Under the pieces are notes generated by a model. The model worked only from the letters and a program-made list of their open reading frames with translations, was not told the DNA's origin and made no database searches. From Candidatus Bathyarchaeia archaeon (lineage in GTDB: Archaea; Thermoproteota; Bathyarchaeia; 40CM-2-53-6): a stretch of DNA of 64,000 bases. Positions 1 to 10,249 of the stretch are shown here, in pieces. The stretch covers positions 32,001 through 96,000 of the forward strand of contig JBEKSC010000004.1 in the NCBI GenBank assembly GCA_049517415.1, given 5' to 3'. The number at the start of each line of letters is the position of its first letter. Positions within the stretch are counted from its first letter, which is position 1. The translations under genes and the position numbers were made by a program.

Positions 1-34
1 TGAATTAGGGTTCAAGAAGGTCGCAGATTTCGTT

Positions 35-760
35 TCAAGCGGCAAGAGCTGACCGCGAGACTCGTGCAAGGATAATTATGACGCCGCCGAGTGAGAATTC
101 CCAGATTTTCACCTCACCAAACCGTTGACTTATGGATTGGACCAGTTCCCGATTAGTTACTAGCAACCGGTAGGTTGGAACAATCATTCGCCATGGATTA
201 CCGCGGATACGATTAGACTTCGAGAAGCGAGCGATCAAGGGCATGAGGCGTTCAATGTATAATGTGACGAAGGTTCTTTTGAGAATCTTGTTGGGTTTTC
301 CTAAATCTATTATCGCGAAGGATCCGTCTTCTCCCAAAATCCTACGGAATTCATCAATAGCCACCCCTCGGTCCCTAGCATCTCTGAAAGCATATGCGCT
401 TACAATTCGGTCAAGCGTGCCCTTTCTGATCGGAACTGCTTCGAAGGTTGCACGAACAAGGTGAACTTGCCCTTCCTTTGACGACCTGAACCTTTCACGG
501 GCAGCCCCCAAGAGCGTCGTGGATGCGTCTAACCCCACAATCGTTAGGCCCTTAGATTTTGAAAGCAGAACTTGACTCATAGTGCCTGGGCCGATTCCCG
601 CATCAAGAATTGTCATCCCTTCGCTGACGGCGATTTGATCGGCGGCGTACTCGCGGGCCTTAAGTGCCCGGCCGAGTGATACTTTTTCGTTGACTTTGTC
701 GTATTCAGGGATCGAGTCTTCAATCGCACGAATTACTGCTTTCCACACATCGTTCTTCAT
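35..760 (-). CDS. Class I SAM-dependent methyltransferase, UbiE/MenG family
   Basis: YDKVN..SLG N-terminus, ILDAGIGPG motif I, GLDAS, AYAFRD. Confidence 0.8.
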   Translation of the reverse strand: MKNDVWKAVIRAIEDSIPEYDKVNEKVSLGRALKAREYAADQIAVSEGMTILDAGIGPGTMSQVLLSKSKGLTIVGLDASTTLLGAARERFRSSKEGQVHLVRATFEAVPIRKGTLDRIVSAYAFRDARDRGVAIDEFRRILGEDGSFAIIDLGKPNKILKRTFVTLYIERLMPLIARFSKSNRIRGNPWRMIVPTYRLLVTNRELVQSISQRFGEVKIWEFSLGGVIIILARVSRSALAA

Positions 761-794
761 TGAAGAGGCGCTCCGTAGGCATCTCCGTGAATCA

Positions 795-1538
795 CTAGCC
801 GTTGTATCCGCTTTGTGACAAGTAGTCTCTGACGCCTTCCCAGCCCTTGTCGGTCTTTGCTTTTACAATGGCGAAAGCATCCTTTCCGCTCAGTGAGCCA
901 GGTTCCACGCCGGTAACCTCGCGTATCATGAATCGTGCCGCGCTCAAAACTTCTCCATTAAGGTCAGCTTCAGCAGAATCCCCGAGGTGGCATATCAAGG
1001 CCTCAATGGTCATCGGCCCTATGGGCCCGTACTGCCGGCCGTGACTCGCGGCCACAACGTGCACGGCGTCAAGAGGAAATCCTCGCCGAATTAGCTCCGC
1101 GCTAGCCAAGGTCAGATGGTCGACTCGTTCGGCCAAGGCAGACGGTCGATACCTTCCGTCCTCTGCTCGAGAATAAGTAGCGGGTTTGAAAATGTCGTGA
1201 AGCAAAACTCCACAAATCACTAGGTCATTATCTACTTTGCAGCCGTAGATCACCTTTGCCACTCGGGACAAGCTCATGCAGAGTTCGTAAAGTGCCAACG
1301 TATGTTCGATGAACCCCCCGGGGTAATTGTGATGATGCCGAATGCTCGCGGGGGATTTCTCAATCGGCAATCCAGAGAAAGTTTTGCCCCCTATCTTTAC
1401 GGTCGGATTGTCAAGCAGTGCATAGACCTTCTTTCGGAGATTTCTATTCCGAATCTTGTTGACGAGAGTGATTAGGCGTTTGTCCAAGGGAATCAGCGTT
1501 TCACTTGGTGTCTCGGGAAATAAAGTTGGATTCTCCAC
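795..1538 (-). CDS. HD-domain protein (YhaM/Cbf1-like 3'-5' nuclease HD domain)
   Basis: PASIRHHHNYPGGFIEHT, LLHDIFK, DH, SHG, HLGD motifs. Confidence 0.8.
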   Translation of the reverse strand: MENPTLFPETPSETLIPLDKRLITLVNKIRNRNLRKKVYALLDNPTVKIGGKTFSGLPIEKSPASIRHHHNYPGGFIEHTLALYELCMSLSRVAKVIYGCKVDNDLVICGVLLHDIFKPATYSRAEDGRYRPSALAERVDHLTLASAELIRRGFPLDAVHVVAASHGRQYGPIGPMTIEALICHLGDSAEADLNGEVLSAARFMIREVTGVEPGSLSGKDAFAIVKAKTDKGWEGVRDYLSQSGYNG

Positions 1539-1683
1539 GATTGGAACCCTTCGAGGGAGGGCCCACTAGGTAGCGTTGGATGGGGGTTGTCCTTTCGCTG
1601 TTGACGGCAGTGATGCCGTCTACTAGCTGAGGTTCTTTGAACGAGTTGGCGGGCGATGTGAACTAGTATTGCCTATGTGTGGT

Positions 1684-4272
1684 TTAGGAGCAAGCGCCCC
1701 AGCCGCATTCGTGGCATATGTAGCAGCCTTCTTGGTACACGACTTGGCTTTGGCATTGGGGGCAAAGTTTGATCTGTTCGCTTGTGCCTTGGGAGGCGCC
1801 CACCAAGGGCACGGCCAAGAGTTTGGGTGCGCGAGGCGATTGTTCTTCGTCTGTGTTCTCTTCCTCTTTGGTTCCTTCAGTCTTCTTGCGGGGCACAACC
1901 AATACTTGGCCCTTAATCGATGTATCACGGAAAACGGTAACATCTTTGCAACCCAGTTTGTAGGCGAGGAGGTATGATTCACGCATGTCTTCGACCGTCG
2001 CATTGGCTGGGAAATTGTTTGTTTTTGAAATCGAAGAGTCCGTCCATCTTTGAAATGCCGCCAGAGCTCGGATATGGTCCTCTGGGCGAATGTCCATGGC
2101 GGTTATGTAGACGCGTTTCAGGTCTTCGGGGATGTAGCTTATTCTCTGAATTGAGCCGCCGTGGTCGTTCACATCTCTCAGTAGGTCATCGCCGAACAGG
2201 CCTTCTTCACTCATGACGCGTTCAAACACTGAGTCGATGTAGTAGAAGCTTCCAACCTTCACGTGTTTCTCGTAAACGAGTGAATAGACGGGTTCAATTC
2301 CGCTGCTGCATCCCGCGATCATGGAGATGCTACCGGTAGGTGCAATTACAGTTGTGTACCCGTTCCTGACGCCGTGTTGCTTGACCATCTCTGCTACTTT
2401 GTCCCAATCGAAGTGCCATAATTTTCGGTTCGCGAACCCCGCGAAGGGCAGTTTTCCTTCAGGGTAGAAGCTCTTGTTATAGTATGGTACGGGGCCTCGT
2501 TCTTTTGCTAGGTCTATTGATGCTAACTTTGAGTGGTAGTTGATGAACTCCATCAACTCTTCCATAAACTTGCGGCCATCGTCACTATTGTAGGCTGCAC
2601 GAAGTTCGAAGAGTAAGTCCGCCAGCCCCATAACTCCTAGCCCAATCTTCCGTGTTGCAAGTGTCATTTCCTCAATCGCTTTGAGCGGGAAATTATTCAC
2701 GTCGATTACGTTGTCGAGGAATCTGGAACCTACGTTGACCGCTTCCTTCAACCCGTCCCAATCGAAACTAATTTTTCCATTATTGTCCCGTTTAGCGAAG
2801 GCCCATACATTGATGCTGCCCAGGTTACAGGATTCGTTTGGGTAGAGCAATACTTCGCCGCACGGGTTTGTTGTGACTATTGGGCCGAGGTGTTTGAGGA
2901 AGGGGTTGTACTCGTTAACGTGGTCGAAGAAAATTACGCCTGGTTCGGCGCTCTCCCACGCCTGGTACACTATCATATCGAACAATAGGCGAGGGTTGAC
3001 CTCACGCACAACCTGCCCGGTTCTCGGGTTGATGAGCGGGTATGGCTTATTCTTGTTGTAGCATTCCCAAAAGTCAGGCATCAAGAGAACTGAGATGTTG
3101 AAGTTTCTCAGTGCCTTGTTTCCTTTCTTTGCCGTTATGAATTTCTCGACGTCTGGATGATTGCTGTTGAGTATTCCCATGTTGGCGCCGCGGCGGATTC
3201 CGCCTTGCTTTATCACGTCGGTCATAGTATCGAACAACATCATGAAACTGATCGGGCCCGACGCTACGCCCGAGGTTGAGCTTACGTAATCTCCTTCGGG
3301 CCTTAGTTTTGAGAAGTTGTAGCCCATGCCTCCGCCTGCTTTGAAGACCACTGCGGTTTGCTTCAACGTCTCCATAATGCTCTCGATGGAATCGTCCACA
3401 CCCAAGACGAAGCAAGCGGAGCCCATTCCGAGAACGTTTCCGAAATTGGCTATTGCGGGTGTGTTGGGCATGAATTTTTTGGAAACCATCAACCCATAAA
3501 ACGCGTCAATGGATTTCTCGTACTTGTTAAAGAGGCCTGCCTGGAGCATTTCGAAGAAACGTGACCAAGAGACCTTCGCGGCGCCTTCGCGGTCAAATCG
3601 GTCATACATTCGCTTCAAGGCTTCGAGATGGTATCGGTTGAGTGGGTATTTTCCGATGCTCACTTTCTCGTGGAATTGAAGGGGGTCAAAGTTTTCTTGT
3701 GGATGGGACTTCTGTTTGTTGGTTATGTCGTACATCTCTAGGTCGTAGAACAAATCAGGTAGCGCTGCGTGGACTGCGATTCGCGTGAAGAGTTGCTTCG
3801 GTGTTTCTATGAGCTTACCCGCTTCGTCTTTTTTCAGGTACCTGGCCTTGAGAACCCTGAGGGCGTTTAGGTCGAACACCTTGTCTACTTCATCGATAAT
3901 TTCTTTCTCTAGAATTCGTTGCTTCTCACGCCTAATCTCAGCCCTTTTCTGCCGGTAGATTATGTACGCCTTAGCAACTTTCGCTTGCCCATTTTCAACC
4001 AGGGCCCTTTCTACAACGTCCTGAACATCCTCAACGGCTGGGATCCCTTCGCCGCCATACTTGTCATCTAGAATCTCAACCACGCGTGATGATAGCGACT
4101 CGGCGAGTGCGCGGTCTCGACTGCCCGATGCCTGTATGGCTTTGTAAATTGCGTTTGCGATTTTCTCTTTGTTGAATTGGACAATGCGCCCATCGCGCTT
4201 TCTAATCTGGATGATTCTTGATTTCGGAGGAACGTCATTCGTCGAAGCTTCAACGTGGGACTTCAAATGCAC
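1684..4272 (-). CDS. nrdJ: Adenosylcobalamin-dependent (class II) ribonucleotide reductase with N-terminal ATP cone and C-terminal Zn ribbon
   Basis: IRKRDG ATP cone, SACFV, QGGIRRGANMG, TNPCGEV, IAPTGSIS, CPQC..EGCYICHECGWGAC. Confidence 0.95.
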   Translation of the reverse strand: MHLKSHVEASTNDVPPKSRIIQIRKRDGRIVQFNKEKIANAIYKAIQASGSRDRALAESLSSRVVEILDDKYGGEGIPAVEDVQDVVERALVENGQAKVAKAYIIYRQKRAEIRREKQRILEKEIIDEVDKVFDLNALRVLKARYLKKDEAGKLIETPKQLFTRIAVHAALPDLFYDLEMYDITNKQKSHPQENFDPLQFHEKVSIGKYPLNRYHLEALKRMYDRFDREGAAKVSWSRFFEMLQAGLFNKYEKSIDAFYGLMVSKKFMPNTPAIANFGNVLGMGSACFVLGVDDSIESIMETLKQTAVVFKAGGGMGYNFSKLRPEGDYVSSTSGVASGPISFMMLFDTMTDVIKQGGIRRGANMGILNSNHPDVEKFITAKKGNKALRNFNISVLLMPDFWECYNKNKPYPLINPRTGQVVREVNPRLLFDMIVYQAWESAEPGVIFFDHVNEYNPFLKHLGPIVTTNPCGEVLLYPNESCNLGSINVWAFAKRDNNGKISFDWDGLKEAVNVGSRFLDNVIDVNNFPLKAIEEMTLATRKIGLGVMGLADLLFELRAAYNSDDGRKFMEELMEFINYHSKLASIDLAKERGPVPYYNKSFYPEGKLPFAGFANRKLWHFDWDKVAEMVKQHGVRNGYTTVIAPTGSISMIAGCSSGIEPVYSLVYEKHVKVGSFYYIDSVFERVMSEEGLFGDDLLRDVNDHGGSIQRISYIPEDLKRVYITAMDIRPEDHIRALAAFQRWTDSSISKTNNFPANATVEDMRESYLLAYKLGCKDVTVFRDTSIKGQVLVVPRKKTEGTKEEENTDEEQSPRAPKLLAVPLVGASQGTSEQIKLCPQCQSQVVYQEGCYICHECGWGACS

Positions 4273-4519
4273 CTTTGCCTCTTAGAAATTGAAAACTGTT
4301 GCTAATGACCTGGATGCACTTTAATAGTTTTCGACAGAATTGTTTAAAATATTGTACCCGCCGACGATGGAAATGCATCACCGTACTCAACTGCCTATGG
4401 GGACTTCGACTGGAAAACAAGTAGCACACCATCCTCGAACTCGGTTGGCTCCTGAAAAGGCTTTTATGGATTACGAGGCACGCGATCCATGCCTCGTAAG
4501 CGAAAATATTCGCCGCAGC

Positions 4520-5173
4520 TTACTTCGGATGGGACGGTGCCTTCAATGGGTCGACTATGCCGACATCTCCGAATGCCTTTTCCCTTGTGTAGCAACCGCG
4601 GCATTTTCCGCACGGGATAGGCAAGTCCTCATAGCAACTCCAGGTTAGTTCGAGTGGAACCTTGAGCTTTAGCGCGAGCCTGAGCACCTCAACCTTGGTG
4701 TAGTGGATTAACGGGTTGACGATCTTTATTTCAGCGCCCTCTTGGCCTGACCTTGTTCCGGTTCGGATTAACTCATTCATGAGTTGAATGAATGAGGGTT
4801 TTGCATCAGGGAGCTCCATAGCGTCGTCGGCATTTGACCCAAACACTATCTCGAGGGCGCCGATGGCTTCGGCGTAAGCGGCGGCAACGCCGTAAAAGAC
4901 GATGTTTCGCGCGGGAACGTAAGCGGAAGAGATCTCAGAGGAGGGAGCAGGCCGGTAGCGAGTTTCAATGTCCTTGAAGAATGGAAGGTAAACGCTGAAG
5001 TGTTCTTTCACTTGGGCGGCTGCTGCCAGTTTCTTAGACGCTTCCGCTTCGCTATCGTAAGTTTGCGTGTAGATCATAGTCATGGAATAAACGTCGTCGG
5101 TTTCTTGCTTGGTTAGGTAGAGTGCGGTTGCGGAGTCGATCCCTCCGGAAAGAAGGATTAGCGCTCTAACCAA
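4520..5173 (-). CDS. queC: 7-cyano-7-deazaguanine synthase
   Basis: LSGGIDS, YVPARN, TWSCY..PCGKCRGC. Confidence 0.93.
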   Translation of the reverse strand: MVRALILLSGGIDSATALYLTKQETDDVYSMTMIYTQTYDSEAEASKKLAAAAQVKEHFSVYLPFFKDIETRYRPAPSSEISSAYVPARNIVFYGVAAAYAEAIGALEIVFGSNADDAMELPDAKPSFIQLMNELIRTGTRSGQEGAEIKIVNPLIHYTKVEVLRLALKLKVPLELTWSCYEDLPIPCGKCRGCYTREKAFGDVGIVDPLKAPSHPK

Positions 5174-5336
5174 ACGGTTACCCCTCAGGCATGGATTCTT
5201 TTCCGCACGGACGCAGGCTTGGATGGCGTCTCAATATGTGGTGTAGTTTTGTGGGGACAACTTGTTACTCGTCTCGAATGGCGGTGGAGAATAAGCCTTG
5301 AGGGAGGCCCCGCAAAACCTCCTCGGTTTCGCCGGC

Positions 5337-5570
5337 CTAATGTGTTTTCATGAAGGTGTCGACGGATTCCTTTCTGCACTGGGGGCAGATCTTCAGGTGA
5401 TAGCGATCGTTGGGGAGCGGTTGGTGGCACCACTCGCACCGTTTGATTCTCGGGGTCTCCATCTCAGGGATTTCTTCGAACAGTAACTTTTCGAGGTCTT
5501 CAACCAATTTCTTTTCCTCCTTTTTTTCTGGCCCTTGTGCCTTGTTTGCCGATGCAAACGAGGCAAGCAT
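5337..5570 (-). CDS. Small Zn-finger protein
   Basis: CEWC...CPQC; own AT-rich upstream region. Confidence 0.55.
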   Translation of the reverse strand: MLASFASANKAQGPEKKEEKKLVEDLEKLLFEEIPEMETPRIKRCEWCHQPLPNDRYHLKICPQCRKESVDTFMKTH

Positions 5571-5672
5571 GTACTACAGGTTAAGGAGTGTTAAAAGAAT
5601 TAACAAGATTTATAAGAAACCTATGTAATCAATGTTAGCAAGATATCAGATTAAGCACAGTAACTTTGTGAG

Positions 5673-6092
5673 TTGGCTATCATGGCAAACAATGCGGTCC
5701 TGATTCGCGGGTTGGATCGGGATATCTACAATGGTGTGATAGCCAAAGCTAAACAGCAAGGAAAGAACGTGGCCGAACTCGTAAACGAGGCCCTGCAGCA
5801 GTATATGCGAGAATCTCCATCTGAAAGCGAGAATGTCTTTGACACGAAGAAGCTAATCATCGCTGGTTCCGTCCTCCTCTCCAAAGCCGACATCCTAGGG
5901 TTGCACAAGGAGCTTGGCAACTTCCACCTCGAGAACAGTGGCGAACTAACCTTCGACAAGGACGTCGACCGCGAAGCCTTCCAGAAGATTGAGCACATCC
6001 ACAACACAGGGAAGCTTCGGGTCCCTACAGACGTCCATCACTTCGCCCTACTGAAGGCTGGGCACGTACGCGGAGAAGTCGAAAAGTACTAG
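5673..6092 (+). CDS. Hypothetical protein with N-terminal ribbon-helix-helix-like segment
   Basis: VLIRGLDRDIY..AKQQGKNVAELVNEALQQY resembles RHH. Confidence 0.6.
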   Translation: MAIMANNAVLIRGLDRDIYNGVIAKAKQQGKNVAELVNEALQQYMRESPSESENVFDTKKLIIAGSVLLSKADILGLHKELGNFHLENSGELTFDKDVDREAFQKIEHIHNTGKLRVPTDVHHFALLKAGHVRGEVEKY

Positions 6093-6130
6093 TGCTGAGC
6101 CCGATAAATTGCCGAGTTTGTAGTCGTTTT

Positions 6131-6466
6131 TCACACGGTCTCGACGCCGAACTTTCCAGTCTCCCATAGCTCAATTTTGACGGTAGTCTTGAAGAAGATA
6201 CTGAGCTGTTCTTGTAACTGCCTTGCCAGCCTCTCACAAGACATGTTCCCTATGTCATGGTGGTCGTACTTTTCGTCGATGAATTGGTCCACTTTTTTCT
6301 TGATGTCCTCGAAATCTAACCATTCCTCACTCTTCCCGTAGACCTTTGCGAGCAGTTGGTAGTTATGACCGTGCAACCGGCCGCAGCGTGGGTGGCCGGC
6401 GATAATGTGGGCTGAGGCGAACTCCCGCCGGTAAAGGCGTGCAATATCCGGCTCCGTAGAGGACAT
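6131..6466 (-). CDS. queD: 6-carboxy-5,6,7,8-tetrahydropterin synthase
   Basis: FASAH, CGRLHGHNY, DH, E, WET motifs. Confidence 0.9.
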   Translation of the reverse strand: MSSTEPDIARLYRREFASAHIIAGHPRCGRLHGHNYQLLAKVYGKSEEWLDFEDIKKKVDQFIDEKYDHHDIGNMSCERLARQLQEQLSIFFKTTVKIELWETGKFGVETV

Positions 6467-6468
6467 CC

Positions 6469-7035
6469 CTAGACTTCCCTGCGTAACATCTGAAAGAATT
6501 CGCTTCGTGTTTCAAACTTCTCGAATTGGCCTCGGATTTCCGAGGTAACTATGTCAGCGCCGCTCTTAACGCCCCTCATCTCCATGCACAGATGCCTAGC
6601 TTGGACTACGACTACAACCCCATGCGGGTGCAAATTTTCGTTCAGGGCGTCAGCGAGCTGTTTTGTCATTCGTTCTTGGAGTTGAAGGCGCTTACTGAAG
6701 CAGTCGACTAACCTAACCAGCTTTGACAGGCCAACCACTGCCCTTGAAGGAATGTATCCAATGTGCACTTTCCCATGGAAGGGCAAAATGTGATGCTCGC
6801 AGAGGCTGAAAAACCCAATATCCTTCGCCACTACCATCCCACTGACCTCACTCCATTCCCTGGAAAGAATCTGCTTGGGGTTCATGGAATACCCTTCAGT
6901 CAGCTCAGCGAACATTTCCGTGACACGCCTCGGCGTGTCCAGAAGGCCTTCGCGCTTGGGGTTCTCACCAATCTCTTCGAGAAGCGTTCTCGTCAGCGCC
7001 TGCATCTTATTCTTGTCCATAATCCCGCAAACCAA
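6469..7035 (-). CDS. folE: GTP cyclohydrolase I
   Basis: REGLLDTPRRV, SLCEHHILPF, QLQER, HLCMEMRG. Confidence 0.95.
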   Translation of the reverse strand: MVCGIMDKNKMQALTRTLLEEIGENPKREGLLDTPRRVTEMFAELTEGYSMNPKQILSREWSEVSGMVVAKDIGFFSLCEHHILPFHGKVHIGYIPSRAVVGLSKLVRLVDCFSKRLQLQERMTKQLADALNENLHPHGVVVVVQARHLCMEMRGVKSGADIVTSEIRGQFEKFETRSEFFQMLRREV

Positions 7036-7117
7036 AGACTAATCTCATTTTAGCCTGGCGAGAAGGCCTATCAAAAGTTCACAATTAAGTCTTCCTTCGA
7101 ATAAGGGCTCCGAGACA

Positions 7118-7753
7118 GTGATCGAGGCTTTGAATGATGAGTCGAACCCTTGTGCCGAGGGGATGGGCATGAAACCTCGCATACTTCCCCGCGACTTCTA
7201 CGAACGCGATACGGTCAAGGTGGCAAAAGATCTTCTTGGCAAACGTTTGGTTCGAGTAAAAGGCCGGAATAGAATGGAAGGAAGAATCGTAGAAGTTGAA
7301 GCCTATCGCGGCTTAGATGACCCCGCAAGCCATGCATTTCGCGGCCCAACGCCTCGAAACGCCCCAATGTTCGGCGAACCGGGTCACGCGTACATTTACT
7401 TCACTTACGGGAATCACTACTGCCTCAACATTACAACGCAAGAAGTGGGAACGCCCGGCGCCGTTTTAATTCGAGCAATCCAACCACTCGAGGGATTGCG
7501 TGAGATGAGACGGCTACGACCCAAGGTTCTGGACTCAAACTTGACCAATGGGCCAGGCAAATTAACGAAGGCACTAGGAATCGACAAGTCACTAAACGAG
7601 ATTGACATGACAAGACGGGAGGACCTCTTCGTCACCGAATCAGATGAGACAACATTCAAGGTAGCCAAATCTGCGCGAGTCGGAATAAGTCAAGCTGCAG
7701 ATCGGTTATGGAGATTCTATGTTGCAGGCAATTCATACGTTTCGAAAGGCTAG
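7118..7753 (+). CDS. mpg: DNA-3-methyladenine glycosylase (Mpg/AAG family)
   Basis: IVEVEAY, DPASH, YIYFTYGNH, AVLIRA, NGPGKL, RVGI. Confidence 0.92.
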   Translation: MIEALNDESNPCAEGMGMKPRILPRDFYERDTVKVAKDLLGKRLVRVKGRNRMEGRIVEVEAYRGLDDPASHAFRGPTPRNAPMFGEPGHAYIYFTYGNHYCLNITTQEVGTPGAVLIRAIQPLEGLREMRRLRPKVLDSNLTNGPGKLTKALGIDKSLNEIDMTRREDLFVTESDETTFKVAKSARVGISQAADRLWRFYVAGNSYVSKG

Positions 7754-7976
7754 AACTTAGGCTAGGTCAAACGACTTTAGCTGAGTCCAACCCGCAAAGT
7801 TGCCTTCATCGGCTCCGGGGAAGCTAACCCGTCAAGCGCAGTCTCCGGCCTTCTGAGAGGTTACGTGATGGGAACTCCGCCTGTAACTTTGTTCAGCTGG
7901 TGTTCTCTGCCGTTTTCATCTTGGCTCGAGCGGGGCTTTATGCTGCAACCATCGAACGCTACGTCTAAGTCGCGTA

Positions 7977-8762
7977 TCATGTAGCAAGGAACTTGAAGGC
8001 GTAGTATAAGTTCCTCAGACGCAGCATGAAACTGAATTTGGTCCTTCCTTTGCGAAGCCGAAATCCAACTGGGATCTCGCGCACCCGCAAACCTTCTTTG
8101 AAGAGATTGACAAAGAGTTCCAACTCTATTTCGAACCCCGTCGAATGAATTTCGGGGTAGATTCGCTGAACCGAGTTCCTCGTGAATACCCAGTACCCGG
8201 TCTGGACATCCGTAAACAGGCGCCGGAACTTGGCGCCGAGCAAAAATGAGACCGTGACGTTGGAAGCGAAGCTTATCAAAGGCATCGAGTGTGCTTCTCT
8301 TGGCCCCCGGGTTCTTGAACCCAGAACCACATCAGCTTCACCCCTCTCGACGATCGTCATCATCTTTGGAAGCCACGACGGGTCGTTCGTCCCATCTCCA
8401 TCTATGATGCAGAGTACGTCTGCGTCTTCTTGGAGGAAATCTCGCATAGCCGTTCGGATGCCGCACCCTTTGCCTTTCCCGAAATCTTGTACAACAACTC
8501 TGACACCAGCTTCTTCCGCAATCTCTTCAGTCCGGTCAGTGCTCTTACCATCGACCACCATTATTCTCTCAAAGCCAGATGCTCGTGCTTCGGCGAGTAA
8601 TCCTTCGATAGCGTCTTCTTCGTTAAGAGTTGGAATCACAAGGAGCGCTTCGGTGAATAGGCTTGGATTAGCTTTTTGAGTTGAGCGCTGTGGGATCGCT
8701 TCAGAAGGATTACCAGCCATGCGTGCCACAAACATTCTCATTCTAATTTGTATTCTAGTCAC
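7977..8762 (-). CDS. GT2 glycosyltransferase, polyprenol-phosphate hexosyltransferase-like (true start probably near 8720)
   Basis: IPTLNEE, VVDGKSTD, DGDG, GSR, TDVQTG, GFEIELE. Confidence 0.85.
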   Translation of the reverse strand: MTRIQIRMRMFVARMAGNPSEAIPQRSTQKANPSLFTEALLVIPTLNEEDAIEGLLAEARASGFERIMVVDGKSTDRTEEIAEEAGVRVVVQDFGKGKGCGIRTAMRDFLQEDADVLCIIDGDGTNDPSWLPKMMTIVERGEADVVLGSRTRGPREAHSMPLISFASNVTVSFLLGAKFRRLFTDVQTGYWVFTRNSVQRIYPEIHSTGFEIELELFVNLFKEGLRVREIPVGFRLRKGRTKFSFMLRLRNLYYAFKFLAT

Positions 8763-9357
8763 TCTTTACGCCTGGACATTAAGTCCCGCGGATGTCGATC
8801 GTTATCTTGCTTTCAACCTTAATAATTTGCAAGAGGGAAGAGTTTGGACGCTTGTCACAGCCATCTTCGTCCACGCCAGCATACTTCACATACTTGGAAA
8901 CATGATTTTCCTGTACGTTTTCGGAAATACTTTGGAAAGCGTGACAAACTCTCACAGAAAGATGCTCACCGCTTTCTTCCTAGGGGGCATACTTAGTTTT
9001 CCGCTAAGTTTACCATTCTTTCCACCTGGCACGAGCTTTGTCGGTGCTTCTGCCGCAATCTTCACGCTAACCGCCGTCGTCATGTTGACGAAACCTTTGA
9101 GATGGTCGTGGCTCTTGCTGATGCCCGTAGGGTTAGTTGCCATACTGTACTTCCTTTACAATGGGTTGGTGGTCTACTACCAACAGCAAAGTAATGTTGC
9201 CTACATCTCACACATCATAGGGTTCTCACTGGGGTTACCGCTCGGTATAGCTTGGAGCACGCAGTGGAAGAGGAACTTGCTGATTTCGATTGGGTTACTC
9301 GCCGTATACTTCCTGTTACTTTACTTCGTCACACATTACATCCTTCCGTCGCTTTAG
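8719..9357 (+). CDS. Rhomboid-family intramembrane serine protease
   Basis: WTLVTAIFVH, HILGNM, VGASAA, SHIIG; several TM helices. Confidence 0.9.
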   Translation: MRATNILILICILVTLYAWTLSPADVDRYLAFNLNNLQEGRVWTLVTAIFVHASILHILGNMIFLYVFGNTLESVTNSHRKMLTAFFLGGILSFPLSLPFFPPGTSFVGASAAIFTLTAVVMLTKPLRWSWLLLMPVGLVAILYFLYNGLVVYYQQQSNVAYISHIIGFSLGLPLGIAWSTQWKRNLLISIGLLAVYFLLLYFVTHYILPSL

Positions 9358-9500
9358 GAAACTATAGACCGAACGACGTCACGGTCGGGCGAAATTCTTC
9401 GAGAACTTATCCTAATGCTTTCAAGATGACTTGGGTTTAAAAGATTAAAGAAAAAAGATTGAAGGGATTTTTCCGCAGCGGTCTGCTGCAATTTCGAATT

Positions 9501-10070
9501 TTAGTACCGGTCGCGTCCGCGGCCTCTGCCGCCGTAGCCGCCTCTACCCCGGCCTCCACCATACCCGCCGCCACCCCCACCGCCACCGCGGCCGTAACCT
9601 CCGCCGCCGCGCCCGTAGCCTCCGCCGCCTCCGCCGTAGCGTCTTCCGCCGCCGAAGGAGCGGTAAGGTCTTTCTTCTTCAACGAGCTTGTCGGAAAGGT
9701 TGTTCTGTGTGTTCACGTCGCCGAGGGGAGTTTCTGCTGGCTCTAGGGTACCGTAACGGCCTATGTTAAGGCGCATCGAACCCTTGAAGGGTCTTACGTA
9801 CCCGTTCTTGACGTTCACTGAGTCGCCCTCATTCACTTTGTCAATGTTGTCGTCCCAAAGGGTCATGTAGATTGCACCGGTATCGTCTCCAACAAGTGCG
9901 TCCAACACGCGATGTGTTGTCCCGTCTTGTCGGGAAACGGTTTCCCGTGCTTCGCCCTTCTGGACAACCTTGACGGTTGTATTGACTTGCTTCGAGTAGG
10001 GGCCAAGTTCGCTAACTTTTACAGGTGGTGCCGAAACGCCGGCTGCTTGTCCTTCTTCTGACATTTTCAA
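9501..10070 (-). CDS. ssb: Single-OB-fold ssDNA-binding protein with Gly/Arg/Tyr-rich tail
   Basis: LVGDDTGAIYMTLWDD, KNGYV, LNIGRYG; C-terminal GGYGRGG repeats. Confidence 0.85.
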   Translation of the reverse strand: MKMSEEGQAAGVSAPPVKVSELGPYSKQVNTTVKVVQKGEARETVSRQDGTTHRVLDALVGDDTGAIYMTLWDDNIDKVNEGDSVNVKNGYVRPFKGSMRLNIGRYGTLEPAETPLGDVNTQNNLSDKLVEEERPYRSFGGGRRYGGGGGGYGRGGGGYGRGGGGGGGGYGGGRGRGGYGGRGRGRDRY

Positions 10071-10249
10071 GTCGACTTCTGTTCAAACGGTGAAACCTCA
10101 ACAGGGCCGCGGCAGTCTTAAGCGTTATGATTCATCAGGCTGACCTGACACAAAGAATACCATAGACGTGTTCGTATAGCCCCTCTCTCAGAATCGGCTC
10201 ATTCTTGGTTAGGGTAACCAGTTTTCCTTTGCGCCAGGAAGGAAGATGA

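Noticed and set aside
4471..4499. Perfect 10-bp inverted repeat upstream of nrdJ as a cobalamin riboswitch
   Set aside because: No B12-box or other riboswitch motifs recognisable; at most a terminator or operator
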